64,000 nucleotides of DNA from Chloroflexota bacterium. GTDB taxonomy: Bacteria; Chloroflexota; Limnocylindria; Limnocylindrales; CSP1-4. This document shows, one piece after another, positions 1-7,916 of the stretch (the stretch's first letter is position 1; every line of letters begins with the position of its first letter). The notes under the pieces are model-generated. The model was not told the origin of the DNA, ran no database searches, and saw nothing but the letters and a program-made list of their open reading frames with translations. A program made the translations under genes and the position numbers. The DNA lies in NCBI GenBank assembly GCA_012026785.1, contig VEOW01000064.1, positions 1,365 through 65,364 on the forward strand, read 5' to 3'.

Positions 1-349
1 GGATTCCGGGAGGGATACTCTCGGCAATCGCGTGGAGCGATCCGTCGCGGACCACCGTCCGAACGAGTGGGTTCCGTAGGAGGGCCGCCGCCGCCGCCGC
101 CGTGCCACGGAACTCGAACCCGTTGAGCGCGTGCTGGTAGAGCCGGCCCATAGAGCCGCCCGCGGCGCGCGCGGCTTCGCGGCCGTGGTCGGCAGCGCGC
201 GCGCCGGGCTCGAGCGTGACGATCCAGTCGGCCTTCACCGGGGCCTCTCTTGGGCGGGCGAGAGCCGGCGAGATCAGCCCGGAGACGATGAGCAGGAGCA
301 GGGCGCCAACAACGGAGGTCTTCGCCCGGCGGTGTCGCTGGCTCCGCAT
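1..349 (-). CDS. Secreted subtilisin-like (S8) serine protease, N-terminal part only (signal peptide + inhibitor-I9-type propeptide). The gene runs off the 5' edge of the window.
   Basis: Not in the supplied ORF track because it is edge-truncated. My translation of the minus strand from the ATG at 349 is MRSQRHRRAKTSVVGALLLLIVSGLISPALARPREAPVKADWIVTLEPGARAADHGREAARAAGGSMGRLYQHALNGFEFRGTAAAAAALLRNPLVRTVVRDGSLHAIAESIPPGI. It has a basic n-region, hydrophobic core and A-L-A site. The following WIVTL...GG.....Y.HALNGF.F......A..L...P.V..V..D pattern is typical of I9 propeptides preceding S8 domains. GGAGG lies 4 nt upstream of the ATG. Confidence 0.6.
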   Translation of the reverse strand, partial: MRSQRHRRAKTSVVGALLLLIVSGLISPALARPREAPVKADWIVTLEPGARAADHGREAARAAGGSMGRLYQHALNGFEFRGTAAAAAALLRNPLVRTVVRDGSLHAIAESIPPGI

Positions 350-507
350 CGCCCCTCCGTGCGCTGACGAGCCGTTCGATCAGGTCTCGGCAGTGTCTGC
401 CCGAACTGCGCCTCCGTCAACATGCGAAGTGCTGCGCGTCAACACCCTCACGTGTGGCTCATACATTGCCACGCGCCCACCACGATGATGAGCCGTCAGC
501 CGGGTGG

Positions 508-1152
508 TCACCCGGATCCGAGCGGGCGGGCCGGAACTCCGACGACGGTCACCCCTGCCTCAACGTCCTTGGTGACCACGGCACCCGCTCCCACGGTCGC
601 CCTCGGCCCAACGACGCGGTTCTCGAGGATTTGACTTCCCGTACCAACCAGCACGGTGTCGCCGACGTGGACTCCGCCTGAGATGTTTACGCTCGGGTTG
701 AATACACAGAAGTCCGCGATCCGGGCGTCGTGGCCGACCGTCGTCTGCAGGTTGAACAGGTTGAAGCTTCCAACAACGATGTCGCAGGTGAAGACGCAGC
801 CGGCCGTGATCAGGTTGCCGCGGCCGAGTTCGACCAACCTCGTGTCGAGTACCGCCGATGGGTGGATCAATGTGGGGAACTCGAACCGACTTCCTTGGGA
901 GAGATAGCGGACTGCGATTCGCTCTCGAGCGGCGGGCAGGCCGACGCCGATGATCAGGCCACACTCGACGCTGGTCCCGATCAGCCACGCGTCGTCGCCG
1001 ACGACTCGAGCACGGCCAAGGTCGCGCCCGACCTCGCTGGCGTCGGCGGCAATGAAGCCGCTCAGTTCCCACTCCGTCTGAGGTACGGCATCGAACAGGA
1101 ATGCCATCTCGCGCGCAAGGCCGCTCGTGCCAAGGATGAACAGGCGCTTCAC
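508..1152 (-). CDS. Sugar N-acetyltransferase, NeuD/PglD/PglB hexapeptide-repeat family
   Basis: 214 aa. The N-terminal Rossmann-like part is MKRLFILGTSGLAREM. The C-terminal left-handed beta-helix repeats read ITAGCVFTCDIVVGSFNLFNLQTTVGHDARIADFCVFNPSVNISGGVHVGDTVLVGTGSQIL..VGAGAVV. It is the last gene of a tightly packed minus-strand operon, directly after a DegT aminotransferase. Confidence 0.85.
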   Translation of the reverse strand: MKRLFILGTSGLAREMAFLFDAVPQTEWELSGFIAADASEVGRDLGRARVVGDDAWLIGTSVECGLIIGVGLPAARERIAVRYLSQGSRFEFPTLIHPSAVLDTRLVELGRGNLITAGCVFTCDIVVGSFNLFNLQTTVGHDARIADFCVFNPSVNISGGVHVGDTVLVGTGSQILENRVVGPRATVGAGAVVTKDVEAGVTVVGVPARPLGSG

Positions 1153-1156
1153 GACG

Positions 1157-2269
1157 CTATCTCCGCGCGTTCTTGATGGCCGTGACGACCCGAGCCACGT
1201 CTTCGTCGGTCATGAGGCTTGACGTCGGCAGATTAAGTCCAGCCAAAGCCAGGTGATCGGTGACGGGCAGGGGTCGGTTTGAGCCGATCCGATGCTCGTA
1301 CGGCGGGAGGCGGTGGAGAGGATGGAAGAACGGCCTTGTTTCGATGTTGTCAGCGTCGAGCCTGCCGGCCAGCTCGTCTCGTGACATTCCGAAGCCGGCC
1401 TCGTCAACGGTGATACAGAACAGCCAGCGCGCAGGCTCCGCCCAGTCTGCCCGGGGTTGGAAACCAATCCCTGCGACCTGGCTGAGCGCCCGCTCGTACG
1501 CTTCGAAGACCGCCGCGCGCCGGCCGGCAAGCTCCATCCAGCGCTCCAGTTGCGCGCAGAGGAGCGCGCAGGCGACGTTCGTGAGTCTGTAGTTGTAGCC
1601 GATGACGGGGAAGAAGTAGCGTCGCTGAGGGTCCATGCCCTGTCCGCGGAACAGCCGGATGCGACGTTCCAGTTCCGGATCGTCGACCGTGACGGCCCCG
1701 CCTTCGCCTGACGTGACGATCTTGTTGCCGTAGAACGAGAACGTTCCGATGGTGCCGAGCGAGCCGGCGCGACGGCCACGGTACTGGGCCCCGTGGGCCT
1801 CCGCCGCGTCCTCGACCACCCACAGTCCATGCTTCGTTGCCAATCTGTTGATGGCATCCATGTCCGCCGGATGGCCGTAGAGGTGAACGGCGATGATGCC
1901 CTTCGTCCGCGGCGTGAGCGCGTTCTCAACGGCCGCGGGATCGATGCACCAGGTCGCGGGGTCGACATCCACGAAGACCGGCTCGGCACCAACGTACCGA
2001 ACGGCGTTCGCCGTCGCCACATAGGTCAGCGACGGAACAATGACCTCGTCGCCGGGGCCTGCCGCGAGCGCCAGAAGGGCAAGGTGGAGGGCAACCGTTC
2101 CGTTTGCCACGGAGACAGCGGCGCGCGCTCCCGAGAAAGCCGCGAACTCCCGCTCGAATCGATCGACGTAGGGGCCCGTCGATGAGATCCAGGAGCTGCG
2201 GATGGCGTCGACGACGTAGCGTTCCTCGTTCCCGCGGAGGTCAGGAGCAGCGACGGGAAGCCTATCCAT
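1157..2269 (-). CDS. DegT/DnrJ/EryC1/StrS-family PLP-dependent sugar aminotransferase
   Basis: Track ORF 1157..2458 trimmed to the internal ATG at 2269 (MDRLPVAAPDLRGNEERYVVDAIRSSW...). That start overlaps the stop of the upstream GT gene by 8 nt. Motifs seen: GDEVIVPSLTYVATANAV and SFYGNKIVTSGEGG (PLP lysine context). Confidence 0.85.
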   Translation of the reverse strand: MDRLPVAAPDLRGNEERYVVDAIRSSWISSTGPYVDRFEREFAAFSGARAAVSVANGTVALHLALLALAAGPGDEVIVPSLTYVATANAVRYVGAEPVFVDVDPATWCIDPAAVENALTPRTKGIIAVHLYGHPADMDAINRLATKHGLWVVEDAAEAHGAQYRGRRAGSLGTIGTFSFYGNKIVTSGEGGAVTVDDPELERRIRLFRGQGMDPQRRYFFPVIGYNYRLTNVACALLCAQLERWMELAGRRAAVFEAYERALSQVAGIGFQPRADWAEPARWLFCITVDEAGFGMSRDELAGRLDADNIETRPFFHPLHRLPPYEHRIGSNRPLPVTDHLALAGLNLPTSSLMTDEDVARVVTAIKNARR

Positions 2270-3509
2270 CGGGGCCTTTGCGGAATGCCTGATCGAAGAC
2301 GGCGAGGTACTCAGCCGCCACGTGCTCCCAGGTGCGTTTCTCGACGATTGCCTGCGACCTGGCTGCGGCCATGGCCCACTCCTCAGGCGCGTCGAGGATG
2401 CTCGCGATCTTCGCGGCGATATCGTCGGGGCTGCGAGGGTCAAAGAGCATGGCCTCAACGCCCTGCTCGGTCAGGTGCTCACGGAACGCCGGAATGTCGG
2501 ACATGGCCACCGGAGTCCCAAGACTCCAGGCATCGAGACCGGGTCCATTCCCGGCTTCGTAGAGCGAGGGGTTCACGGCGACAGCGGCGCCGGCAATCAG
2601 CGCATCGATCTCCCTGTTGGTGACATACCCGAGACCGACCACGTCCGGGTCATCACCGGAGCGCGTCGACCCGATCGGCGTCGCTCGCCCAGTCGCCGCC
2701 TCGGTCCCGACTCCCGTGATCACCAGCTTGAGACCCGGATATCGCCGACCCAGGATCGCATGGGCTGCGATGAGCGGCCCGAGGTTCTTGTGGACCGTCA
2801 AGTGGGTCGGGCAGATGATGTAACGACCGAAGGTTCGCGTGTTCGAACTCGCGTCGATCTCCGACGTGGCCGCTGCAAACGGCGCGAGCCGCACGACCTG
2901 AACTGGCCGCCGGCCCGGATAGTGGGCAGCGATCTCCGCGGCCATGAAGTCACTCGATGCCACGGCGGTGGCCGCGCGAATCCAGCCGTCGATCTGCGCA
3001 TCGAGCTCGAGGGCATCGGCGTGCGAGAAGACAGGCGTCCCGAAGAAGTAGCGGTAGTTCAAGTCGTGAACCGTCGTCACCATCGGGCGGGAGAGCCTGG
3101 GTGCACGAAGCCAGTACGGCCAGGAGAAGTAGGCGATGTCGCAGGCGGCGGTCGCTGTCTGCAGCTCCTGGGTCATCCTTCGCTGCGTCGCGCTCGCGAG
3201 GTCCCAGTTCCGGGGATCGATCCGCCGCCGGAACCTGAACCCGAGCCGTGATCGAAGCGGGCGAGACTTCCACGGGATGTTCGGCGCCCACTCGAGCGGT
3301 CTGACGTCGATCCCTGCCGCGGCCAGCTCCCCGCGAATGCCCTCGCGTGCGATGCTCAGCGGATTGCCGACGAACCGAATCGACATGTCGGGCCGGACTT
3401 CGCGCATCGCGGGAAGGAGGCGCCGCACGAATCGCGAGCCTCCGCCGGGATTCCCCATCGGATCGAGCACCACCAGGCGCCGAACCCGTCCAGCGTCCGA
3501 GACCGTCAT
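2262..3509 (-). CDS. Glycosyltransferase, GT4 (GT-B fold) family
   Basis: 415 aa. The C-terminal nucleotide-sugar binding half is LVITGVG...VGLGYVTNREIDALIAGAAVAVNPSLYEAGNGPGLDAWSLGTPVAMSDIPAFREH. The start overlaps the upstream stop by 4 nt. Confidence 0.8.
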   Translation of the reverse strand: MTVSDAGRVRRLVVLDPMGNPGGGSRFVRRLLPAMREVRPDMSIRFVGNPLSIAREGIRGELAAAGIDVRPLEWAPNIPWKSRPLRSRLGFRFRRRIDPRNWDLASATQRRMTQELQTATAACDIAYFSWPYWLRAPRLSRPMVTTVHDLNYRYFFGTPVFSHADALELDAQIDGWIRAATAVASSDFMAAEIAAHYPGRRPVQVVRLAPFAAATSEIDASSNTRTFGRYIICPTHLTVHKNLGPLIAAHAILGRRYPGLKLVITGVGTEAATGRATPIGSTRSGDDPDVVGLGYVTNREIDALIAGAAVAVNPSLYEAGNGPGLDAWSLGTPVAMSDIPAFREHLTEQGVEAMLFDPRSPDDIAAKIASILDAPEEWAMAAARSQAIVEKRTWEHVAAEYLAVFDQAFRKGPDG

Positions 3510-4426
3510 GGCACCTCCACGAGACGGGCCCCACTAATCAACTCCTGCTCTTCTTGCTGCGACAGGACGACCGGCCGTCCCCCACGGAGCATGGTTTCCT
3601 TGAAGGGACCCGCGACAAACCCTTCCTCCACGGACAGCGCGGGCATCCAATCTGGCCGGAGATCGGCTCGCACGAGGAAGGCATTGTTGCCGAAGCTGTT
3701 GCAGCCCACGAAGTCCATGCCCTTCCTGTTCGCGACCCCAACAATCGCGGCCAACGACGCTCCAGTGCAGAGCCAAGAGGTGTCGTGGCGTCGCCTGACG
3801 AACGCGGGGTCGTACGGGATCGTGACGGACCTCGCGGGGCCGAATCGGTGGTTGTATTCGACGACCGCGATCGCGGGCCGGACGGCGGTGATGGCCTCGA
3901 ACACCCAGTAGTCGTTGCCGTCGATGTCGACGCTGAGGAGACCCAGGTCGCCCGTGAACCCGTTGTCGGCCAGGAGTCGGTCGATGTTCTCGCGCGTCAC
4001 GAAGGCATTCACGGCGGTCAGGTCGTGGTTCCAGTAGACAGGATCGGCTCGGATCGCCGAGATGTTGTCTTCGTTCCCGTCCATCACCAGACCGCGCCAG
4101 CCCTCGCGCTGGAGGAGGAATCGCGTGTTCGCCTCTCGGTAGTCCTCGACCCCGAATTCGACGAACGTTCGGCTCGGGATGTCGATCGAATGGACCAGGA
4201 ACTGGATGATGCCGTCCTCGCCGGCGTGCGAGTACACCCGGAACTCGTGATCCCGCAGTGAGCCTCGTGTGCCCCGAAGCTGGCGTGCCTCGATTCGCCC
4301 GACCGCCTCGATCACGTTGTCGAGGCGGTCCTTCACCCGGTCGAGCTCATCGAGCTTCGGCAGCCGATCGAGCGCCCGTAGACGCTCGCGGAGGCGGCGA
4401 ACCCGCCCAGGTACCAGGCGTCGCAT
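3506..4426 (-). CDS. Hypothetical protein: N-terminal coiled-coil segment plus a methyltransferase-like domain. Possibly a glycan chain-termination or modification factor coupled to Wzt.
   Basis: Track ORF 3506..4822 trimmed to the ATG at 4426 (MRRLVPGRVRRLRERLRALDRLPKLDELDRVKDRLDNVIEAVGRIEARQL...). That ATG shares one base with the wzt stop (TGATG). The region upstream of it in the ORF is R/P-rich out-of-frame wzt sequence. Body motifs: HAGEDGIIQFL, FVEFGVEDYREANTRFL, LLSVDIDGNDYW. The function call is weak. Confidence 0.55.
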   Translation of the reverse strand: MRRLVPGRVRRLRERLRALDRLPKLDELDRVKDRLDNVIEAVGRIEARQLRGTRGSLRDHEFRVYSHAGEDGIIQFLVHSIDIPSRTFVEFGVEDYREANTRFLLQREGWRGLVMDGNEDNISAIRADPVYWNHDLTAVNAFVTRENIDRLLADNGFTGDLGLLSVDIDGNDYWVFEAITAVRPAIAVVEYNHRFGPARSVTIPYDPAFVRRRHDTSWLCTGASLAAIVGVANRKGMDFVGCNSFGNNAFLVRADLRPDWMPALSVEEGFVAGPFKETMLRGGRPVVLSQQEEQELISGARLVEVP

Positions 4427-5589
4427 CACCGGCCGGCCCCCACCTCGACGTTCGCGCCGGCCATCTCGTCGCGCTGCTCGAAGCGGTGGCGTGGCACCAC
4501 GAGGCTGTCGAGGCGATGATCGCCCGCGATCCGGAGCTCGGTTCGGATCGAGTCCAGGATCAACGGAGCGAGAGGATCGAGACCTACCAGGCGCAGCCAG
4601 AGCGAGTATCGGCCTGGGGCGAGCGCCATGTCGTCGATCGAGATCAGGAAGCGGTTGATGCCGGGGCGCAGGACGAGCCGTGTCCCGCTGAGGTCGCTCC
4701 GCAGGTGGATCACAGGTCGCCCGTCTGCCGACTCGATCAACAGGTTGAGAACGACCTCGAGTTCTCCGTTGCCTGGCTTGTGATCGACCTCGGTTTCGAC
4801 TCGGAGTGGCCCGTTTGACCACTCCACGGTCGGAGCGTCTCGCGTCTCTCCGTCAAGATGAACGCTCATCGCCCTCGACGCGGCGCCATCGCTCCCCGGC
4901 GCCGTATTCGCGATCGCCGCTCTATACCGTGCGATGGCATTCTCGACCCCGCCGTCGAACTCGAGCCGGCCGTTCGCCATGACGAGACCGCGGGTGCACA
5001 GATCGGCGACGGCGAGCAGGTTGTGGCTCACGAACAGGACGGTGGTCCCGTCGCTGGTCAGCCGGTGCATGAGCGATAGGCACTTGGCCTGAAACGGCAG
5101 GTCGCCGACCGCCAGGACCTCGTCAACGATCAGGATCGCGGGTCGGAGATGAGCAGCGACGGCGAAGCCGAGGCGCGCGAACATGCCGCTGGAGTAGCGC
5201 TTGACCGGCATGTCGATGAGCGACTCGATCTCGGAGAACGCGACGATCTCGTCAAACCGGTCGGCGACGTCTCGCTTCGACAGGCCGAGAATCGCTCCGC
5301 TGAGGAACGTGTTCTCGCGGCCCGTCAGTTCGGGATGGAAGCCCGTCCCGACCTCCAGCAAGGCTCCGACTCGGCCGTAGACGTCGGCGTATCCGGCTGA
5401 CGGCCGGGTCACCCGCGACAGGATCCGGAGCAGGGTGCTCTTGCCCGCCCCGTTGCGCCCGATGAGACCGACGGCCTCGCCGGCCTCCATCTCGAACGAC
5501 ACGTCGCTGACGGCGTCGATCCAGGGCGTCTCCCGGGTGGGGCCGCGGTATCGCTTGGACAACCCGACCGCGGCGATGGTCGTGGCCAT
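4426..5589 (-). CDS. wzt: Polysaccharide ABC exporter, ATP-binding subunit (Wzt/TagH type) with a C-terminal extension
   Basis: Walker A is GLIGRNGAGKSTLL, the signature is YSSGMFARLGFA, and Walker B is ILIVDEVLAVGD. An extra domain of roughly 140 aa follows the NBD, as in the glycan-terminus-recognising Wzt proteins. It is adjacent to the ABC-2 permease. Confidence 0.9.
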   Translation of the reverse strand: MATTIAAVGLSKRYRGPTRETPWIDAVSDVSFEMEAGEAVGLIGRNGAGKSTLLRILSRVTRPSAGYADVYGRVGALLEVGTGFHPELTGRENTFLSGAILGLSKRDVADRFDEIVAFSEIESLIDMPVKRYSSGMFARLGFAVAAHLRPAILIVDEVLAVGDLPFQAKCLSLMHRLTSDGTTVLFVSHNLLAVADLCTRGLVMANGRLEFDGGVENAIARYRAAIANTAPGSDGAASRAMSVHLDGETRDAPTVEWSNGPLRVETEVDHKPGNGELEVVLNLLIESADGRPVIHLRSDLSGTRLVLRPGINRFLISIDDMALAPGRYSLWLRLVGLDPLAPLILDSIRTELRIAGDHRLDSLVVPRHRFEQRDEMAGANVEVGAGR

Positions 5590-6464
5590 CAGATCACGTC
5601 ACTGAGGTCCCGCGACGCGCGCGCGTACACAACCAGACAGACGCCCACGAGGACCACGCCGCTCGCCGCCGCCATCGCGAGATCCGCCGATGATGGTGGG
5701 GCAGTCCCCAGCAACGCCGATCGAAACGACTCGATAAGGCCGACCATCGGGTTAAGCGCGTAGATGCCCTGGAGCGAGGCCGGGACGAGCTCCGACGAAT
5801 ACAGCACGGGCGAGCCGTACAACAGGACCTGGAGCACGAATGGCACGGCAATCGCGAAGTCGCGGTAGTGGGCCGTGAGCGCCGACACTGCCAGCCCGAC
5901 AGCGAGCCCCAACGAAAGAACCGCGATGGCGATCGCCGGCGCCGTGACGATCGCCACCGCGAAGCCTTGCCCGAGGGCGACCATCAGCACCAGCAGCACG
6001 AGGCTGCCGACGAGGAAGTCGACGATCGCGGCCGTGCCCGCCGCCAGTGGCAGGACGGCTCGCGGGAAGTACACCTTGGTCACGAGATTGCCGTCCCGGA
6101 GGAAGCTCGTCCCGCTCCTCGCGACGGCGTTCGAGAACAACCCGTAGACGACGAGCCCGGCGAGGGCGAACAAGAGGTACGGCGATCCCTCTGACGGCAA
6201 CCGGGCGAATGCACCGAAGACCGCGGCAAAGATCAGGGCCGGGACGAGGGGCTGGAGCACGACCCAGATCAGCCCGAGCGCCGTCTGTTTGTAGCGAACC
6301 CTGACCTCGCGGCCAAAGATGAGGACGAAGAGGTCGCGCGCCCTGAGCAGCTCGCGGATCTGGGTTCGCAGCGGCGGCGGCGACGTCGAGATCCGGTGAT
6401 GTTCTCGGTGAACACTCGATCCGCGAGCATCAAGCACGCGCGCCCTCCACCTACCGTCCCTCAA
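5589..6464 (-). CDS. wzm: Polysaccharide ABC exporter, ABC-2 type permease (Wzm/TagG type)
   Basis: 291 aa and polytopic. The N-terminal RELLRARDLFVLIFGREVRVRYKQTALGLIWVVLQPL motif is typical of Wzm/TagG permeases. Its stop shares a base with the wzt start. The exact start is uncertain. Confidence 0.85.
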   Translation of the reverse strand: MRDGRWRARVLDARGSSVHREHHRISTSPPPLRTQIRELLRARDLFVLIFGREVRVRYKQTALGLIWVVLQPLVPALIFAAVFGAFARLPSEGSPYLLFALAGLVVYGLFSNAVARSGTSFLRDGNLVTKVYFPRAVLPLAAGTAAIVDFLVGSLVLLVLMVALGQGFAVAIVTAPAIAIAVLSLGLAVGLAVSALTAHYRDFAIAVPFVLQVLLYGSPVLYSSELVPASLQGIYALNPMVGLIESFRSALLGTAPPSSADLAMAAASGVVLVGVCLVVYARASRDLSDVI

Positions 6465-7848
6465 GCGCAGCTGGCAGGGTCCGGGCCAGGATCTTCAGGT
6501 CGAGCAACAGCGACCATCGGTCGATGTAGGAGAGGTCCAATTCCGCCCAGTCATCAAAGTCCGGCGAGCGGCGGGCGCTCACCTGCCACAGTCCAGTGAT
6601 CCCAGGCTTCATCGAGAGCCGCCGTCGGTGCCACAGATCGTAGACATCGACCTCGCGCGGCAGCGCGGGCCGAGGACCGACCAGAGACATCTGGCCGCGC
6701 AGGACGTTCCAGAGCTGTGGCAGCTCGTCCATCGACGCTCGACGAAGGAACCGTCCGAAGTGCGTCACGCGCGGATCCTTCGTCATCTTGAACGCAGCTC
6801 CGCGGACTTCGGAATGGGTCATAAGCTCACTGAGCCGATCCTCTGCGTCCAGGACCATCGTCCGGAACTTCAGGACTTCGAACCGGCGGCCATGGAGGCC
6901 GACGCGAGTCTGTCGGAAGAGGACCGGTGGGCCGTCAACGATCCGAATGGCGACTGCGATCGCAGCGAGGACGGGCGACAGGATGATCAGGCCAACGAGC
7001 GCGACGGTCAGATCGATGACCCGCTTCAGGACGAGCGCGACCATCCGGTCCGGACCGGACACCAGGGAGTAGACGGGCGTCCCGTCGAGATCCTCCATCC
7101 GGCCATGCGAGAATGCGCGGTCCAGGACGTCGATCGGGATCCGGACGATCTTGCCCTGCTCCTCGCATAGGTGGGCGATCGCGTTCATTCGGTCCCACTG
7201 GCTGAACGGCAGGCAGATCGCGACCTCGTCGACGACTTCGCTCTGAAGCAGCGTTTCGATCGTTTCGGTGGAGCCCAGGTAGCGCCATGGACGAGGGATG
7301 TCGAATGGCTCGTCGTCGACGAAACCCGAGACCCGGAGGCCGAGCTCGCGGTGGTCCTCGAGCTTTCTGGCGAACGCCTGGGCCCTCGGGCCGGACCCGA
7401 CCACGAGGACGTATCGCGCGTTGTAGCCGCGCGCCCTGAGGCGCTCGAATCCCCAGCGCAGCACCACGCGGGTCGCCAACGTGAGCAGCCATTGCGAGGG
7501 GAACAGCAGGATCAGGAAAAGCCGGCTGACGTCAGGCAGGCGGATGGCGAAGAGGACGGTGCCCGTGATGAGGCCCATCACCACGGTGGCCTTCGCGATC
7601 GCGATGGCTTCGCTCCGAATCGACCACCGCGCCCGCGGCCGGTAGAGGCCGCTCAGCCACAGAATGATCACCCACGTCGTGGCAAACACGAGGGCCGCGA
7701 GGATCGGGACCTCGAGCAGCGGCCGCCAGACCTCGAGCCAATCTTCGCCGAAGCGCGTCCGCGAGAGCGCCACGAGCAAGACGAGCGCGAGCGCGGCATC
7801 GGCGAGCATCAGGAGCGCTCGAAATCCTGAGGCGTGGCGGCGAAGCAT
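6451..7848 (-). CDS. Polyprenyl-phosphate glycosyl-1-phosphate transferase (WbaP/WcaJ-type large PGT; bacterial sugar transferase)
   Basis: 465 aa with N-terminal TM helices and a central Rossmann-like segment (RYVLVVGSGPRAQAF). The C-terminal catalytic domain reads KRVIDLTVALVGLIILSPVLAAIAVAIRIVDGPPVLFRQTRVGLHGRRFEVLKFRTM...DELPQLWNVLRGQMSLVGPRP. Confidence 0.9.
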   Translation of the reverse strand: MLRRHASGFRALLMLADAALALVLLVALSRTRFGEDWLEVWRPLLEVPILAALVFATTWVIILWLSGLYRPRARWSIRSEAIAIAKATVVMGLITGTVLFAIRLPDVSRLFLILLFPSQWLLTLATRVVLRWGFERLRARGYNARYVLVVGSGPRAQAFARKLEDHRELGLRVSGFVDDEPFDIPRPWRYLGSTETIETLLQSEVVDEVAICLPFSQWDRMNAIAHLCEEQGKIVRIPIDVLDRAFSHGRMEDLDGTPVYSLVSGPDRMVALVLKRVIDLTVALVGLIILSPVLAAIAVAIRIVDGPPVLFRQTRVGLHGRRFEVLKFRTMVLDAEDRLSELMTHSEVRGAAFKMTKDPRVTHFGRFLRRASMDELPQLWNVLRGQMSLVGPRPALPREVDVYDLWHRRRLSMKPGITGLWQVSARRSPDFDDWAELDLSYIDRWSLLLDLKILARTLPAALEGR

Positions 7849-7916
7849 CGCGGGCGAGCCTATCGGTACGTGGTGCGCGGGCGCAATGGTACCGGGGGCC
7901 TACGAGGTGCCCTGCT

